DNA of 64,000 bases, taken from assembly GCA_051313645.2 (NCBI GenBank), contig JBNRSN020000029.1:23126001-23190000 (forward strand). The letters run 5' to 3'. Position 1 is the first letter of the stretch. Each line of letters begins with the position of its first letter. Shown one piece after another: positions 12,455 through 25,469 of this stretch. The translations under genes and the position numbers were made by a program. The stretch comes from Centroscyllium fabricii (lineage: Eukaryota). The notes beneath the pieces are model-generated. The model ran no database searches. It worked only from the letters and a program-made list of their open reading frames with translations, and was not told the origin of the DNA.

Positions 12455-12982
12455 TGTATTATAATAGTCCCTGTCTCTGTTCATGTTATACTAGACCGCA
12501 ACTCTGTTAATATTATACTAGTCCCCGTCTCTGTTAATATTATGCTAGTCCCTGTCTCTGTTTGTATTTTACTAGACCAGGTCTCTGTTTATATTACACT
12601 AGACCCTGTCTCTTATATTATACTAGAACATGTCTCTGTTTATATTATGCTAGTCTCTGTTTATATTATACTAGACCCTGTCTCTGTTTGTATCACACGA
12701 TACCTTGTCTCCGTTTATATTGCACTAGACCCTGTCACTGTTTACATTACACTTGACCCTGTCTGTGTTTATATTACACTAGACCCTGTCTGTGTTTATA
12801 TTACACTAGACCCCGTCTGTGTATATATTACACTAGACCCTGTCTGTGTTTATATTACATTAGACCCTGTCTATGTTTATATTAAAGTAGACCCTATCTC
12901 TGCTTATATTATGCTAGAACCGGTCTCTGTTTATATTACCCTACAATGTCGCTCTTCTTATATTACACTAGTCCCTGTCTCT
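12455..12982. repeat. 27-bp minisatellite (TTATATTACACTAGACCCTGTCTGTGT)n
   Basis: About 19 diverging units. They translate spuriously as YITLDPVCV repeats. Confidence 0.92.
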
Positions 12983-13800
12983 GTGAATCCCTTCCCACAC
13001 ACACAGCAGGTGAATGGCCTGTCCTCAGTGTGAGAATGCTTGAGTGTCAGAAGGTGGGATGATGGATTGAATCCCTTCCCACACACGGAGCAGGTGAACT
13101 GTCTCTCATCAGTGTGAAATCGCTGGCGTTTCAGCAGGTGGGAGGATGGAGTGAATCTCTGCCCAGTGTTAAGTCGCCGGTTTTTCAGCAGGTGGAATGA
13201 TGGAATTAATCTCTTCCCAGTGTGAACTCACTGGCGTTTCAGCAGGTGGGATGATGGAGTGAATCTCTTCCCAGTGTGAACACGCTGGTACTTCAGTAGG
13301 CGGGATGATGGCGTGAATCGCTTGCCACACACGGAGCAGGTGAACGGTCCCTCCCCAATGCGAGTGCGCTGATGAATCTACAGCTCTCATGGGTAATTGA
13401 ATCCCTTCCCACTGTCCACATTCCCACGCTTTCTCCATGGTGTTGGTGTCCATGTGTCTCTCCAGGTTGGACTATCAGTTGAAGCATCGTCCACAGACAG
13501 AACACGTGTATGATTTCTCCCCGCTGTGAACGGTGCGACGATTTTTCAGGTTGTGTACCTAGTTAAAGCTCCTTCCACTGTCCTTGCACTGGAACACTCT
13601 CTCTCCAGTGTATCCCTTGGTACTTTTCCAGTCACAGTGGGGTTTGAGATCTTTTCCCACAGATAGAACTGACCAACATGTCTCCATCAAAATTCAAAGG
13701 CCGATGATAATCAGGTCCTGGTGAATCGAGTGACTGTCGAATCTTGACGTGATGTTTGTTTGGAACTTTCCCCATGTGCAAATCATCCCTTCTAATACCA
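12983..13800 (-). pseudogene. Second C2H2 zinc-finger pseudogene, convergent with the first
   Basis: Has the same leader (GGTATTAGAAGGGATGATTTG..) with the acceptor mutated CAG to CAT. EKAWECG and HTG linkers are present, with frameshifts. It ends at the minisatellite. Confidence 0.88.
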
Positions 13801-14059
13801 TGTAAAAGTAGTTTAGAAAAGTCAATAGATGTACTAGATAGTAATTCAGGACATTATCTAGTCCTAGTTCCTGTCTCAAGATGGCTGTGCATGTGCCATG
13901 CAGCGCCAACATCCCTGTTTAACCCGGGCCTCTCACTGATAATAAAACCCGCAGTTAACGCCTTGCTTGTCAAACAAGACAACCAATGGTGCAATAGATT
14001 CCCTGGTGCCCACCCCGCGCCCAGTGCTTGTGCTCTGACGTCACAGACCCCGAGCTTCC

Positions 14060-15890
14060 AGATATGTGAAGAGAAAAAGATTGGTGAAGACAAGCATAAG
14101 TCACTGGCAGTCAGAATCCGGGGAATTTATAATGCGGAACAAAGAAATGGTTGACCAATTCAATACATATTTTGGTTCTGTCTTCACAAAGGAGGACACA
14201 AGTAATCTCTCAGAGATGTTGGGGATCATAGGTTCTCATCAGAGGGAGGAACTGAATAATATCAATATTTGTAGGGAAACGGTGTTAGGGAAATTGCCTG
14301 GATTGAAGGCTGATAAATCCCCAGGGCCTGATAATCTACAGCCTAGGGCACTTAAGGAAGTGGCCCTTTAAAATAGTAGATGCACTGCTGGTCATCTTCC
14401 AAAATTCAATAGACTCTGGGATGGTTTCCATGGGTTGGAGGGTAGCTAATGCAACCCCACTATTCAAAAAAGGTGGTAGAGAGAAAACAGGGAATTATAG
14501 ACCAGAAAGCCTGACATTTGTAGTGGGGCAAATGCTAGAGTCCATATAAAGGTTGTAATAGCAGAGCACTTGGCAAGCAGTGACGGAATTGGACAAAGTC
14601 AACATCGATTTACAAGAGGTAAATTGTGCTTGACTAATCTACTGGATTTTTTTCAGGATGTAACTGGTAGAATAGATAAGGGAGAACGAGTGGATGTGGT
14701 GTATTCGGACTTTCAGAAGGCTTTCAATCAGGTACCGCATATAGCATATAAAGTTAAGGCACATTTGATTGGGATAAGGTACTGACTTGGATAGAGATCT
14801 GGTTGGCAGACAGGAAGCAAAGTGTTGGAATAAATGCGTCTTTTTCTGAGTGGCAGGCAGTGACTAGTGGGGTACTGCAGGGATCTGTCCTCCGAACCCA
14901 GCTATTCACAATGTTTATCAATAATCTAGACGAGGGAACTAGGTGTAATATCTCTAAGTCTCCAGATGGCACAAAGCTGGGTGTACACGTGTGCTGTGAG
15001 CAGGATGCCGAGAAACTCCAGTAGGATTTGGATAGGTTGGGTTATTGGGCAAATGCATTGCAGATGCAGAATAATGTGGACAAATGCGAGGTTATGCACT
15101 TTGGTGGCAACAAACAGGAAGGCAGATTATTATCTGAACGGCAATAGATTGGGAGAAGGGGCAGTGCAACGAGTCCTGGGTGTTCTTGTGCACCAGTCGC
15201 TGAAGGTAAGCATTCAGGTGCAGCAGGCAGTAAAGAATGTAAATCCTAGGTTGGCCTTCGTTGCGAGAGGGTTCGAGTACAGGAACAAGGATGTCTTGCT
15301 GCAGTTGTACAGGGGCTTGGTGCGACCACACCTTGAGTATTGTGTGCAGTTTTGGTCATCTTATCTGAGGAATTATGTTCTTGCCATCGAGGGAGCGCAG
15401 CAAAGATTCACCAGACTGATACCTGGGGTGGCAGGAATGAAGGATGAGTACAGATTGGTTCGATTGGGCTTATACTCGCTGGAGTTTAGAAAAATGAGAG
15501 GGGATCTCATTAAAACTTATAAAATTCTAACACGTCCACACTGACGAGATGCAGGAAGAATGTTACCGATGGCGGGGGATTCCAGTACCAGGGGTCACAG
15601 TGTAAGGATAAGGGGAAAGCCGTTTAGGACGTAGAGGAGGCGGAATTTCTACACGCAGAGAGTGGTGAACCTGTGTAGTTCTCTACCAAAGAGGGCAGTT
15701 GAGGCCAATTCATTAAATGTATTCCAGGAGGAGTTAGTTCTATTTCTTAAGGCTAAAGGGATCAAGGGATATGGGAATAAGGCAGGGACAGGGTACTGAA
15801 TTTGGATGATCAGCCATGATCTCATTGAATGGCAGAGCAGGTCCGTGGGGCCAAATGGCCTACTCCTGCTCCTATCTTCTATGTTTCTAT
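14060..15890 (+). mobile_element. CR1 LINE ORF2 3' part plus 3' tail, degenerate
   Basis: Motifs KSPGPD, DFQKAF, SGVLQGSVL and VRPHLEYCVQFW, with the tail GCCTACTCCTGCTCCTATCTTCTATGTTTCTATG. Confidence 0.92.
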
Positions 15891-16149
15891 GAGCTGCCAT
15901 GTTACATGACGCAACCACCCATATTGCCAGGTTACTGATATCATAAAGCCAGTGTTGCTGATGTACATGACATCACTGGTCCTGAGGTGGTTTGAGAGTC
16001 CTGGCTTTTCAAATCAAGTGCCATGCGACCCAGAGCCGTTGGCCTCAGACTGAAAAGTTGAGCGGGGCGGGACAGGTGCTGGAGTGCCAGGCCCAATTTG
16101 GTGGGCGAGCTGTCAATCAACTCTTGCAGCTAATAGCAGGGGCCGATAA

Positions 16150-16250
16150 CACTGAAATGGTCAGCGCACTCTGAAGCTGCACTGCGCATTTCCCGGATAC
16201 CCGGGTGATGGCGGTTGCTGAAGGAAAACAAAATGGCAGAAAGTAAGTGA
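16150..16250 (+). promoter_or_regulatory. CpG-rich candidate first exon with strong donor
   Basis: ATG at 16208 in a GATGGCGG context and AA|GTAAGT donor at 16243. No downstream exon was identified. Confidence 0.3.
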
Positions 16251-16504
16251 GTGAATCCAAGAGAACGAAGCCGGAATGGATTGGCTGGAGGACACGTGGC
16301 CTCGCGGGTTGAGTGTGAATATCCTCGGACACAGCCGCTGCTCAGTGTCTGCAATGGGCGCAGCCCGTGTGGGGACGAGAGGGGCTGAGTGTGAGCCGGA
16401 CCCTCATCGTTCCAAAAATGTGGGCCCCATGACTCCAGCTGGGACTGAACCTGAGTTTGACCCAGGTCCAGCAACGTGGTCGGGTCCAGTCCTCTATTCA
16501 CCAA

Positions 16505-19500
16505 CCACCCTCTGTCGCTCTCCCCTCGCCCCCTCTGTCACTCATCCACTCCCTGTCCCCCCTCTGTCACTCTTCCCCCCCCTCTGTCGCTCTCCCGCTC
16601 CCACCTCTGTCACTCTCCACGTTGCTCTCCCTAACTCCACTCTGTCGCTCTCCGCTTCACCCCGCTGTCGCTCTGCCACTCCCCCATCTGCCTCTGTCTC
16701 CGCCCCCTCTGTCGCTCTCGCCCTCCCCCCTCTGTTGCCGTCCCGCTCCTGTCGCTCTCCTTCTTCCCCCTGTGACTCTCCCCTCCCACTCTAACGCTCT
16801 TCCCATCCCCCTCTGTCGCTCTCCCACCTCCCCACCCTATCTCTCCCCCTCAGCCCCTGTCTCACTCCCTCTCACCCCGCTGATGCTCTCCGCCTCTGTT
16901 GCTCCCGCGCACCCCACTCTGTTGCTCTCCCCTCCTCCTCTGTCGCTCTCCCCCTCCCCCCTCTTTCGCTCTGCCCCTTCTGTCGCTCTTCCCGTCTCCC
17001 CTTTCGCTCTCCCCCGCCCCCCTCTGTCGATATCATCCACCCCCTCTGATGCTCTCCCCCTCCCCCTCCCCCTCTGTCGCTATGCCCCTTCTGTCGCTCT
17101 CCCCCTCTCCCCCTCTCCCCTTTCGCTCTCCCCCTCCCCCCTCTGTCGATATCATCCACCCCCTCTGATGCTCTCCCCACTCTGTCGCTCTCTCCCTCTG
17201 CCGCTCTCCCCGCTCTGTCGCTCTGCCCCCTCTGTCTCTCTCCCCCTCTGTCGCTCTCACCCTTCTGAAGCTCTCCCCAGCCCCCTCTGTCCGTACACCC
17301 CTATGTCGCTCCCCCTCCCTTCTCTGTTGCTCTTCTCCTCCCATCTAATGGTCTCCCCACACACCCCTCTGTCTCTCTCCCTCTCCCCCACACTGTCACT
17401 CTCCCCCACCCACTCTGTCGCTATTATTACTCCCAACCTCAGTCACTCTGCCCCACCTCTGTTGCTCTCCCCTCCCACTCTGTCACTTTCTTCGCTCCAC
17501 CCTATATCACACTCTCGCTCTCCCCTCTGCTGATATTCCACTCCCCCTCTATTGGTCACCCCTTCCTCACTCTAGCGCTGTCCCCCTCTCCCTCTGTCGC
17601 TCTCCCCCTCTCACCTCTGTCACTCTCCCCATCAACCTCTGTCGCTCTACCCCCTTCTGTCGATCTCCCACCCCACCCCCCGTCAACCTCCAGCCTCCCT
17701 CTCCACATTTGTCACTCTTCCCGTCCATCCTCTCTCACTCTACCCCCTCCTCCTCTATTGCTCGGTCGCTCTCCCCTCCCCCTCTGTCGCACTCCCTCTC
17801 CCCGTCTGTCGCTCTCCCACGTCGGACTGCCCTTTCCCCTTCTATCGCACTCCCCCTCCCACCTCTGTTCCTCTAACCTCCCCCTTAACTTGCTCTCTGT
17901 CTGCCCCCTTGTTGCTTTCCACTCCCCCTTACCTTGCTCTCCCTCTCCCCTCTGTCGAACTCCCCCTCCCCCTGTCGCTCTCCCTTTGACCCCCTCTGTA
18001 GTTCTCCCCAACCCCTCTGTCGTTCACCCCTCCCCCTCGGTGTCTCTCCCCTACCCTCTCTGTTGCACTCTCCCATCGATCGTCTGTCACTCTCTCATTC
18101 CGCCCCTCTTTTGCACTCCCCCCACCCTCATTCGCTCTCCCGTAACCCCTCTGTCGCTCTCGCATTCCCCCTCTGTCACGCTCGCCTCCCTCTATTCACC
18201 AACTCCCCTTGTCGCTCTCCCCTCCCCCCTGTTGCTCTCCACCTGTCGTTCTCCCCCTCACCCTCTGTCGATATCGCTCTCCCCCTCTGTCGCTTTCTCT
18301 CCTTACTCGCTGTAACTCTCCCCTCTCCCCCTGTCCCCACCACCCTCTGTTGATCTCCGCCTCCCCCCACTGTCACTCTCCCCACCCTCTGTCATTCCCT
18401 CCTCTGTCTCTCTCCCCCTCCCCATCTGTTGGTCTCACCACTCCCCCCTCTGTCTCCCTCCCTCTCCCACCTCTGTCATTCTCCCCCCTCCCCACTCTGT
18501 CGATCACCCTCTTCCAACCCTCAGTCACTCTCCCCCACCTCTGTCACTCTCCCCTCCCTCTCTTCACCAACTCCCGTCTGTCTCCCTCCATCTCCCACAT
18601 ATGTAGCTCTCCTCCTCCCCACTCTGTCGCTCACCCTCCTCCCGCCGTCAATCATTCTCGCCCCACCTCTGTCACTCTCCCTTCCCTCTCTTCACCAACG
18701 ATCCTCTGTCTCTCCCCCTCCCCCTATGTCGCTCTCGCCCTCCCCCACACTGTCGCTGTCTCCCCCTCTTTCACTCTCCCCTCCTACCCTTCTGTCACTT
18801 CCCGCTCCCCTCTGTCGCTCTCCCCTCCCCCGTCTGTTTGTCTCACCCTCCCGCCTGTGTCGCTCTCCCCCTCCCAAATCTGTAACTGTCCCTCGTCCAC
18901 ATCTGTCGCTCTTCCTTCTCCACCTCCCCCTTCTGTCGCTCTCCCCTCCCGCCTCTGTCAGCCACCTCGCTCTGTCCCTCTCCCCCTCACCCCTCTTTTG
19001 ATCTCCCCCTTCCCCCTCCATCGCTTTCTGCCTCCCCATCTGTCGCTTCCCCCTCCTCAGCCTGTCGCTCACCAGCCCCTATCTGAGGGCCTCCCTCTCC
19101 CCTTCAGTTGCTCCCCTCCCCAACTGTCACTCCCTCCCTCCTCCCCTCTGTCGCTCTCCCCCTAACCCCCTGTCGATATCCCCCTCCACACTCTGTCGCT
19201 TTCCCCAATCTGTCGCTCTCCCCCGCCCCCTCTGTCGCTCTCCCCCTGCCCCGATGTCGCTCTCCCCTGCCCCGCTGTCACTCTCCCCCTGCCCCCACTG
19301 TCACGCTCCCCCTCCCCGCTCTGTCGATCTTTCCCTGTCCCCTCTGTCGCTCCCGCCCAACCTCTCTTGCTCTCCCCCTCTCTTTTTCGTTCTCCCCTCC
19401 CCCTTCTCTCGTTCTCCCCCTCCCCGCTCTGTCGGTCTTCCACGCCCCCTCTGTCGCCGACCCCTCCCCCTCTGTCGCTCTCCCCCTCCCCCTCTGCCTC

Positions 19501-19532
19501 TCTCCCCCACCCCCTCTGTCACTCTCCCCCTC
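16505..19532. repeat. Polypyrimidine CT-rich degenerate satellite (core CCCCCTCTGTCGCTCTCC)
   Basis: About 3 kb of variable ~18-22 bp units. It resumes at 28862 after the ERV. Confidence 0.92.
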
Positions 19533-20759
19533 TGTAAGCATAAACTGAACAAACAGACTCAGGTATCCACCAGATCAATGGTTTTATTACACGTGCACAT
19601 GGGAGAACAATTTTAGCTACCCACAGCTGGAGACATTTTATTCTCAAAGGGCAAACAGTGGCAATAAAGCTTGGTTTATACAGTTTATTAGGCAGCACAC
19701 ACTTATTACTAATGAGGATGTATACATGGAAGTTTTGATACTTCATTGGTTTGCATGATTAATCAGTCAATTATTAGGATTATCCTTTGAACTCGACTAC
19801 CCTCTGGATATGTCAGTAAGGAGCGAATGGACTGCAGAGGTTTCATTCTAACTTCTGTATCTCTGAGCAATCTCTTACTCTTGTTATCAGTATGGGAAAA
19901 TATTTTCAGCAGAGACATGGCTGGAAGACTACAGAGCCACAGTGAGTTATGTAGCCTGCTAACTACTCTCTAAGTCCTTACTTGCTGCTATTCATTAATT
20001 GTGCCTTTGTACTCTTATCTCTTCCAAGAACAAGTTCTTTCTAAACAGTTACTCAGTGTAACCACAAGCCACACTTGAGAATGTCTTTGGTCAGCTAAAT
20101 TTATTTATGTTAGTTTAAAAAAGGGTTAATATCCCACTGTGTGTTGCGTTTGTTTTCCAGCCTAAGAAGAGTGAATGGTACATTTCAGACATATTATCCC
20201 GGTCAAATATTGAGGCCCAACCCTTTATGTCCCTTAAACCACATTTTATGCATCAATCCTCACTTTTGGCCCTTTGCTAAATCCATGGTAGCCAACCTTT
20301 CTATTAAGACTAAAGGGATCAATGGATATGGGGAGAAAGCAGGGACAGCGTACTGAATTTGACTGATCAACCATGATCGCATTGAATGGCGGAGGAGGCT
20401 CGAGGGACCGAATGGCCTACTGCTGCTCCTATCTTCTATGTTTCTATGTAACCCTTATCCGTCACCCATGGTTGCCCATAGGTATGCCCCGCTTGGTGTT
20501 GCTCTCTTGCAAGCACCTAGGCATCTCTTGGATATTTACATATGCAAGATGCTGTACCTCATCTCACCAGGTTCCCTTTGCGGTGGCTACCATTCCGGCT
20601 GGAAGAGATGCAGAACATCTGATATTCCTATTAAACTATGATTGTCTCCACTTCTATATGTTCCTTACCCCGTTAGATACTCCTCCCGGTACCACTCAGC
20701 CGTGTTCTTTGTTGAGATCAAAGAGACACTGAGGACATTCTCGCCCAGGCTCTGTTTTA

Positions 20760-22190
20760 CTGCCTTTGCCAACCTTTTCATCCTCTGCCTACGACATTTA
20801 TTACAGGCCATGAAAATCAAAAAGCACATTACAAACAAACTGAACTACTGCGAATACATGTGAGATTAATCTAATCCACGGATGGATCTGTTTTTTCAGT
20901 CCCGAACTCCAGATATCATCCTACCAAGTGGTGACTTTAATTTGAGCAAAGTCATACTTAATGTTTTTATTGCTCTGTTGCAGGTTATAATAAACCTTCT
21001 GGGAGAGGCGTAGCTCCATTCGCAATACTTTCAAGTGTTCAGGTGATGGGGGTATCAGATACCCAATTGTATTCTGATAGTCCTTTCAGTCTTTCTTGAT
21101 ATATTCCAAAACTTGTAAATTAGTGAGGTTATACTAGTTTATCTCCACCAATTCCTCGTGTCCAATCCATACCAGGATTTCAAGAGTGAAGCAGAACTCT
21201 GGACTTGGTATATCCAAGTTAGATTGGCATATTTAAACATTTTCAAATTAGTTGTAACACAATATTCACCCTTTCCGGCATATGCCACTTGAGTAGGTTT
21301 TAATCTGACTCTATGGCCTCCATGTTACAGTTAATATCCTGATTGGTACCAGTAGTGCTAACCCACACTGTGCTTCTGGACTGTGTCCAATACTAGATAC
21401 AGTGCTAGCATTTCTTCTAACACATCCCTCCAATTTCATTCCAGCCAAATTTATTTTAATCTTTACAGCATACGGTAACCTCTTGTGAAAGGATTAGGGC
21501 ATTCCGTTCTTCACTACCCCAATATTCTGGATTCGGTACACCTCTCGCCCGTATTACCAATACTAACCCTAGAAGCCTTCCCCTGTCAGGTTTACACCCG
21601 AGCCTTTGCTCTCAACTGGCATGCCGTCAAGCTACTGCCTGCAAACATTTGTTTAGAGCTACCGTTCCCCTTGTACCAACCGGTCAGGTTTGCCCTCAAT
21701 TGTTAATTCAATATCCATAAGGGTAATTCCCCTGCCTGTATCTGGGCCAGGTTCTCTCGGGTTTGTCCCACAATCCAGTTGCTACATATGTCATTAGCAG
21801 CCACCTGCTGAGATGCGTTGTATTCTTCCTTTATTAATTTATTAATGGTTTGGGCGTGTGTTTCTAGCATGTTAGCTCTCCTTTGCAAATGTATGGTCAA
21901 CTTTTGATCCTCAGATAATTCCTTATCCGTATTTTCATTGTTTTTTGTAATACAGCTTATATTGCGAGACCCAAGGTCTCTAACCTTTAGATCCCGTGTC
22001 GCCAAATCAACAGTATTAACAACTGAGGGACCCACATTAAAGGCAGTTGCTGCATCTTTTCTCACCGACCTTTTACGTCTCCATATTTGTTTATCTCTTT
22101 TTCTGTGCCCAGCACCACCCCTTGTCGTGCCATGTTTTAACACTTGAGTTAGAAGGTGTTGATATAATTGGTGAGTTTTCTTAGAACATC
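20760..22190 (-). pseudogene. ERV env remnant
   Basis: Furin site RRKR followed by SVRKDAATAFNVGPSVVNTVDL and a heptad region (ORF 21703-22143). Later pieces are VAYAGKGEYCVTT..FCF (~21180-21300), TTW*DDIWSSG and the TM-like HPWIRLISHVFAVVQF followed by a basic tail (~20770-20935). Confidence 0.75.
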
Positions 22191-22520
22191 ATTAGAGTTC
22201 AGAAGAATGAGAGGCGATCTTATTGAAACGTATAAGATCGTGAGGGGCCTTGATCAGGTGGATGCGCTAAAGATGTTTCCAATGATGGGGAGACCAGAAC
22301 TAGGGGGCATAGTCTTAGAATAAGTGGGGGGGGGGGCTCTTTTAAAACTGAGATGAGGAGAAACTTCTTCACTCAGAGGGTGGTTAATCTATGGAATTCG
22401 CTGCCTCAGGGAGCTGTGGAAGCGGGAACATTAAATAAATTTAAAACGGAAATAGACTGTTTTTTAGCGGACAAGGGAATTAAGGGTTACGGGGAGCGGG
22501 CAGGGAAGTGGACCTGAGCT
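22190..22520 (+). mobile_element. CR1 3' fragment inserted in the ERV
   Basis: TTAGAGTTCAGAAGAATGAGAGGCGATCTTATTGAAAC..TTCACTCAGAGGGTGG. Confidence 0.8.
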
Positions 22521-23529
22521 ATTGTTAGTATAGTGTCACAGGGTGCCTGTTCCTTTAAGAATGAAGAACAGTTTTTGCTGTGCTTCACAGCTGTTTTGAG
22601 GACTGGGTTCCCTTGTTATGTCATTAATTGTTCTATTATCTGTCTATTGCTAGTTGTGTCCTGCTCTCATTGCCTCCAAGTTATTGGCTATCACCAAATG
22701 GTTTGCTTGCTGGTTTTAGTTCATAAACTAGAGGTAGGCTTGAGAGCAGCGCGGGATCATTGTATTGTATTGCATTGTAATGTGTTACTGAACTGGACTT
22801 CTACCACACATTCTTCAGGCCACTGGACGAAGTGGTTCCTGCTGCTGAGCTGAGTGGCCGTCAGAGGCAAGGAGGTTGGAGATCGACTGACTCAGCCTTT
22901 ACTTTGCACTCTGCTATTTCAGGTGCTCAGGCTGAGTTGCCCGACAGGGGCATTGGGGTGGAACTCATATCACTCTGCCTTGACAGTGCGCCCTGCCTAT
23001 CGGGAACCCAGCAATGGACAACTCATATGTGGAGTAAGGGCGTTCCCCTGCTTGTGGATCTGAATCCACTACTTGGACATTCGTTTCTTCATCCGAATCC
23101 AGGTTTGGACATTTGATACCTGTATGCAGAAGCTGTTCCCAAATCCTCTACGAAGTAGGTGGATTGTGATGTCATACTCGCAGAGGAGGACTTGTTCGTT
23201 TCTCTTTAAGTATTTTGGATTGTGGTTGTCCTGCTTCTAGAGGAGAGCTCGTTTAAGTTGGACAGTTATGCCTGGACTAGTATTCCTCGGGAGAATGACG
23301 CGCTTGGTTGCGTGGCACCCCTCTATCCATTACTCACTATTTTGGGAAGTTTGTGCCAGTCTTTAGATAAGACTTGTGTTCAATATGTTTCTTATATAAT
23401 TGTATGTTATGCTATTTTATGGGGTTGTGTAATAAAGGAGTTTAGTTATATAAGATGTTTCAGTGTCTCTGCATTTGGGCCCCGCCTGCATTCCGTTTAC
23501 ATCTACCCGTTACAGTATAGTAAGACCTG

Positions 23530-23880
23530 AGTGATCTCCTGGACAAGTTTCGATCGCCTAGATTGGGGTCGGAGAGGAATTTCCCGGATTTTTTTCCCAA
23601 ATTGGACCTGGGTTTTTATCCGGTTTTTCGCCTCTCCCAGGAGATCACATGGTTCTTTGGGTGGGATGAAGGGTGATAGTGGTATGAAGGTTAGGGTAGG
23701 ATCAGCCATGATCTTATTGGGTGGCGGAGCGGGCTCGGGGGCCGATTGGCCGACTCCTGCTCCTATTTCTTGTGTTCTTATGTTCTTATGTTCAGCCATG
23801 AATGCATTAAATGGCGGTGCAGGCTCGAAGGACCGAATGGTCTACTCCTGCACCTATTTTCTATGTTTCTATGTTTCTAT
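23530..23880 (+). mobile_element. CR1 3'UTR fragments (two tails) inserted in the ERV
   Basis: Two TCAGCCATGA..GGCTCG.GGG.CGA.TGG.C.ACTCCTGC tails ending in TATGTTCT/TATGTTTC repeats. Confidence 0.75.
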
Positions 23881-23959
23881 CACGTAGGTAAGGCCGTATC
23901 TGTCAAAACTAGCACGACAGGTACAAGTACATGTTGCTCATTATCATACAATACATTTT

Positions 23960-24355
23960 TCCCTTTGATTTTGGTAGAGGTCCAGTAAAGTCTATCTGCA
24001 ACTTTTACCATGGGCCTCTTGGTCTCGGCTGATGTCCCCACTTTACCTTGACAGGTTTCCCTGTGTTATACTGTGCACATATGGGGCAGTGACGACAGAA
24101 TCTCTCCACAGCTTGTTTCATTCCAGGCCACCACCAGCATCGCTGGAGGTTGTTTAACATATTGGATATAGTTGTGTGTTGTCTACCATGGTACATTTTC
24201 ATTAATTCCTGTAGTATACAGCTTGGTGTACATATTTGTTGCTCTTTCCTCCATATTCCCCCCGTCCTCTCTCTTGCACCCGTTCGTTCCCATCGCTGCT
24301 TCACCTCCTGGGATACTTCCCTATCTAATTTGGGTCTGGCTCTACCCTCTGGCAA
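23960..24355 (-). pseudogene. ERV integrase N-terminal part
   Basis: H..H/CPIC zinc finger (WWWPGMKQAVERFCRHCPIC), then PRGPW and LQIDFTGPLP. Confidence 0.85.
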
Positions 24356-24429
24356 TGCAGTTAAAGCAGCTAATGTCTATCTGCGTTTCTGGTTCTGTTT
24401 CACTCTTGTTTACCGCTGCAATGTCTTAC

Positions 24430-24910
24430 TCTACCATTTTCCTGGCTGCATGATCTACGGCTTTATTTCTGTTTTCTGTGGATTGGGGTCCCGAACATGA
24501 AACACTATTGTAAAGTTAAACAAGCACTCTTAAGTGCTCCTGCCCTGGGATTACCAGACCAGAATATCTCGCTGATGGGCTTTTACCTTTATTACCGGTG
24601 TTTCACTAGGTAACCCTGAGGCGGCAATCAATGTCTTTAATAAGTCCTCATGCTGTATGGGTTTGCCCCCCGAGGCAATATACCCTCTTCTAATCCAAGC
24701 TGCCATATAATCATGTACGATGCCCAAAGCATAGCGGCTATCGGTATAGAAATTCACCCTTTTTCCTGCTGCTAATTTTAATGCCTCTGTCAATGCCGTT
24801 AGCTCGGCAACTTGTTTTGAACGATCACCTGGGAATCTTGCTTCCCTCTGGACAGTGCCATTTCCCATCATCACCTCGAAGTGTTCCGTTAACATATTTA
24901 TGGGATCCAT
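24430..24910 (-). pseudogene. ERV RNase H copy 2
   Basis: SKQVAELTALTEAL..FYTDSRYA..IKVKAHQ, with the C-terminal NKAVDHAAR after an inverted insert. Confidence 0.85.
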
Positions 24911-25469
24911 TCACGATTAGCTCTAGGTCTGCCTCTGTTAAATGTAATTCTCTGATCCTGTCTACATACTCTAATTATTCCTCACTGGTGCAACAGTGTT
25001 CCTCTCCTTCCATTCTCATCATAGCTGCTGGGTTCTGGCTCATATCTCTAACTATCTGTATAGATTCAGCTTTGGGTAACAAGGCAGCCTCCCAAGCAGC
25101 AAATAGTTTACAAGACAACTTCCATATAACAAAAGAAAGAGGATGATCCATTGTGACTCTGTTTGGAGCCCAATGGGTTAATTTATTAAACCATAGTTTT
25201 CCTGCTGTCACTGCGGGGAAACATTAACTGAACATTAAGAAACTAAAATTTAATAATGTACATTATCTTTAAATGTCATACTAAACGTGTTGCTTGGTGA
25301 ACTTCAACAGCTGTCAGTGGGAAGGTTTAGCTCCTATGCAGACTGTAAGAAGGTGGAGAAAAACATCAGCGTCACGCAATTGCGTCACTTCACGTAAATA
25401 AAAAATAATTCTCGATCGGAAAAGGCAGTTATGTTTTCACACATTAACTAAACACGAACACTTGGGCTT

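Noticed and set aside
12446-13033. 195-aa hydrophobic repeat ORF; array resembling CRISPR
   Set aside because: It is a head-to-tail 27-bp minisatellite with no unique spacers, in a eukaryotic context.
19528-19532. TSD of the ERV (CCCTC vs TCCTC at 28862)
   Set aside because: Mismatched and within low-complexity sequence, so it cannot be supported.
16276-19616. Long Pro/Ser/Leu-rich and Gly/Arg/Glu-rich ORFs (up to 358 aa)
   Set aside because: Artefacts of the CT-rich satellite lacking stop codons.
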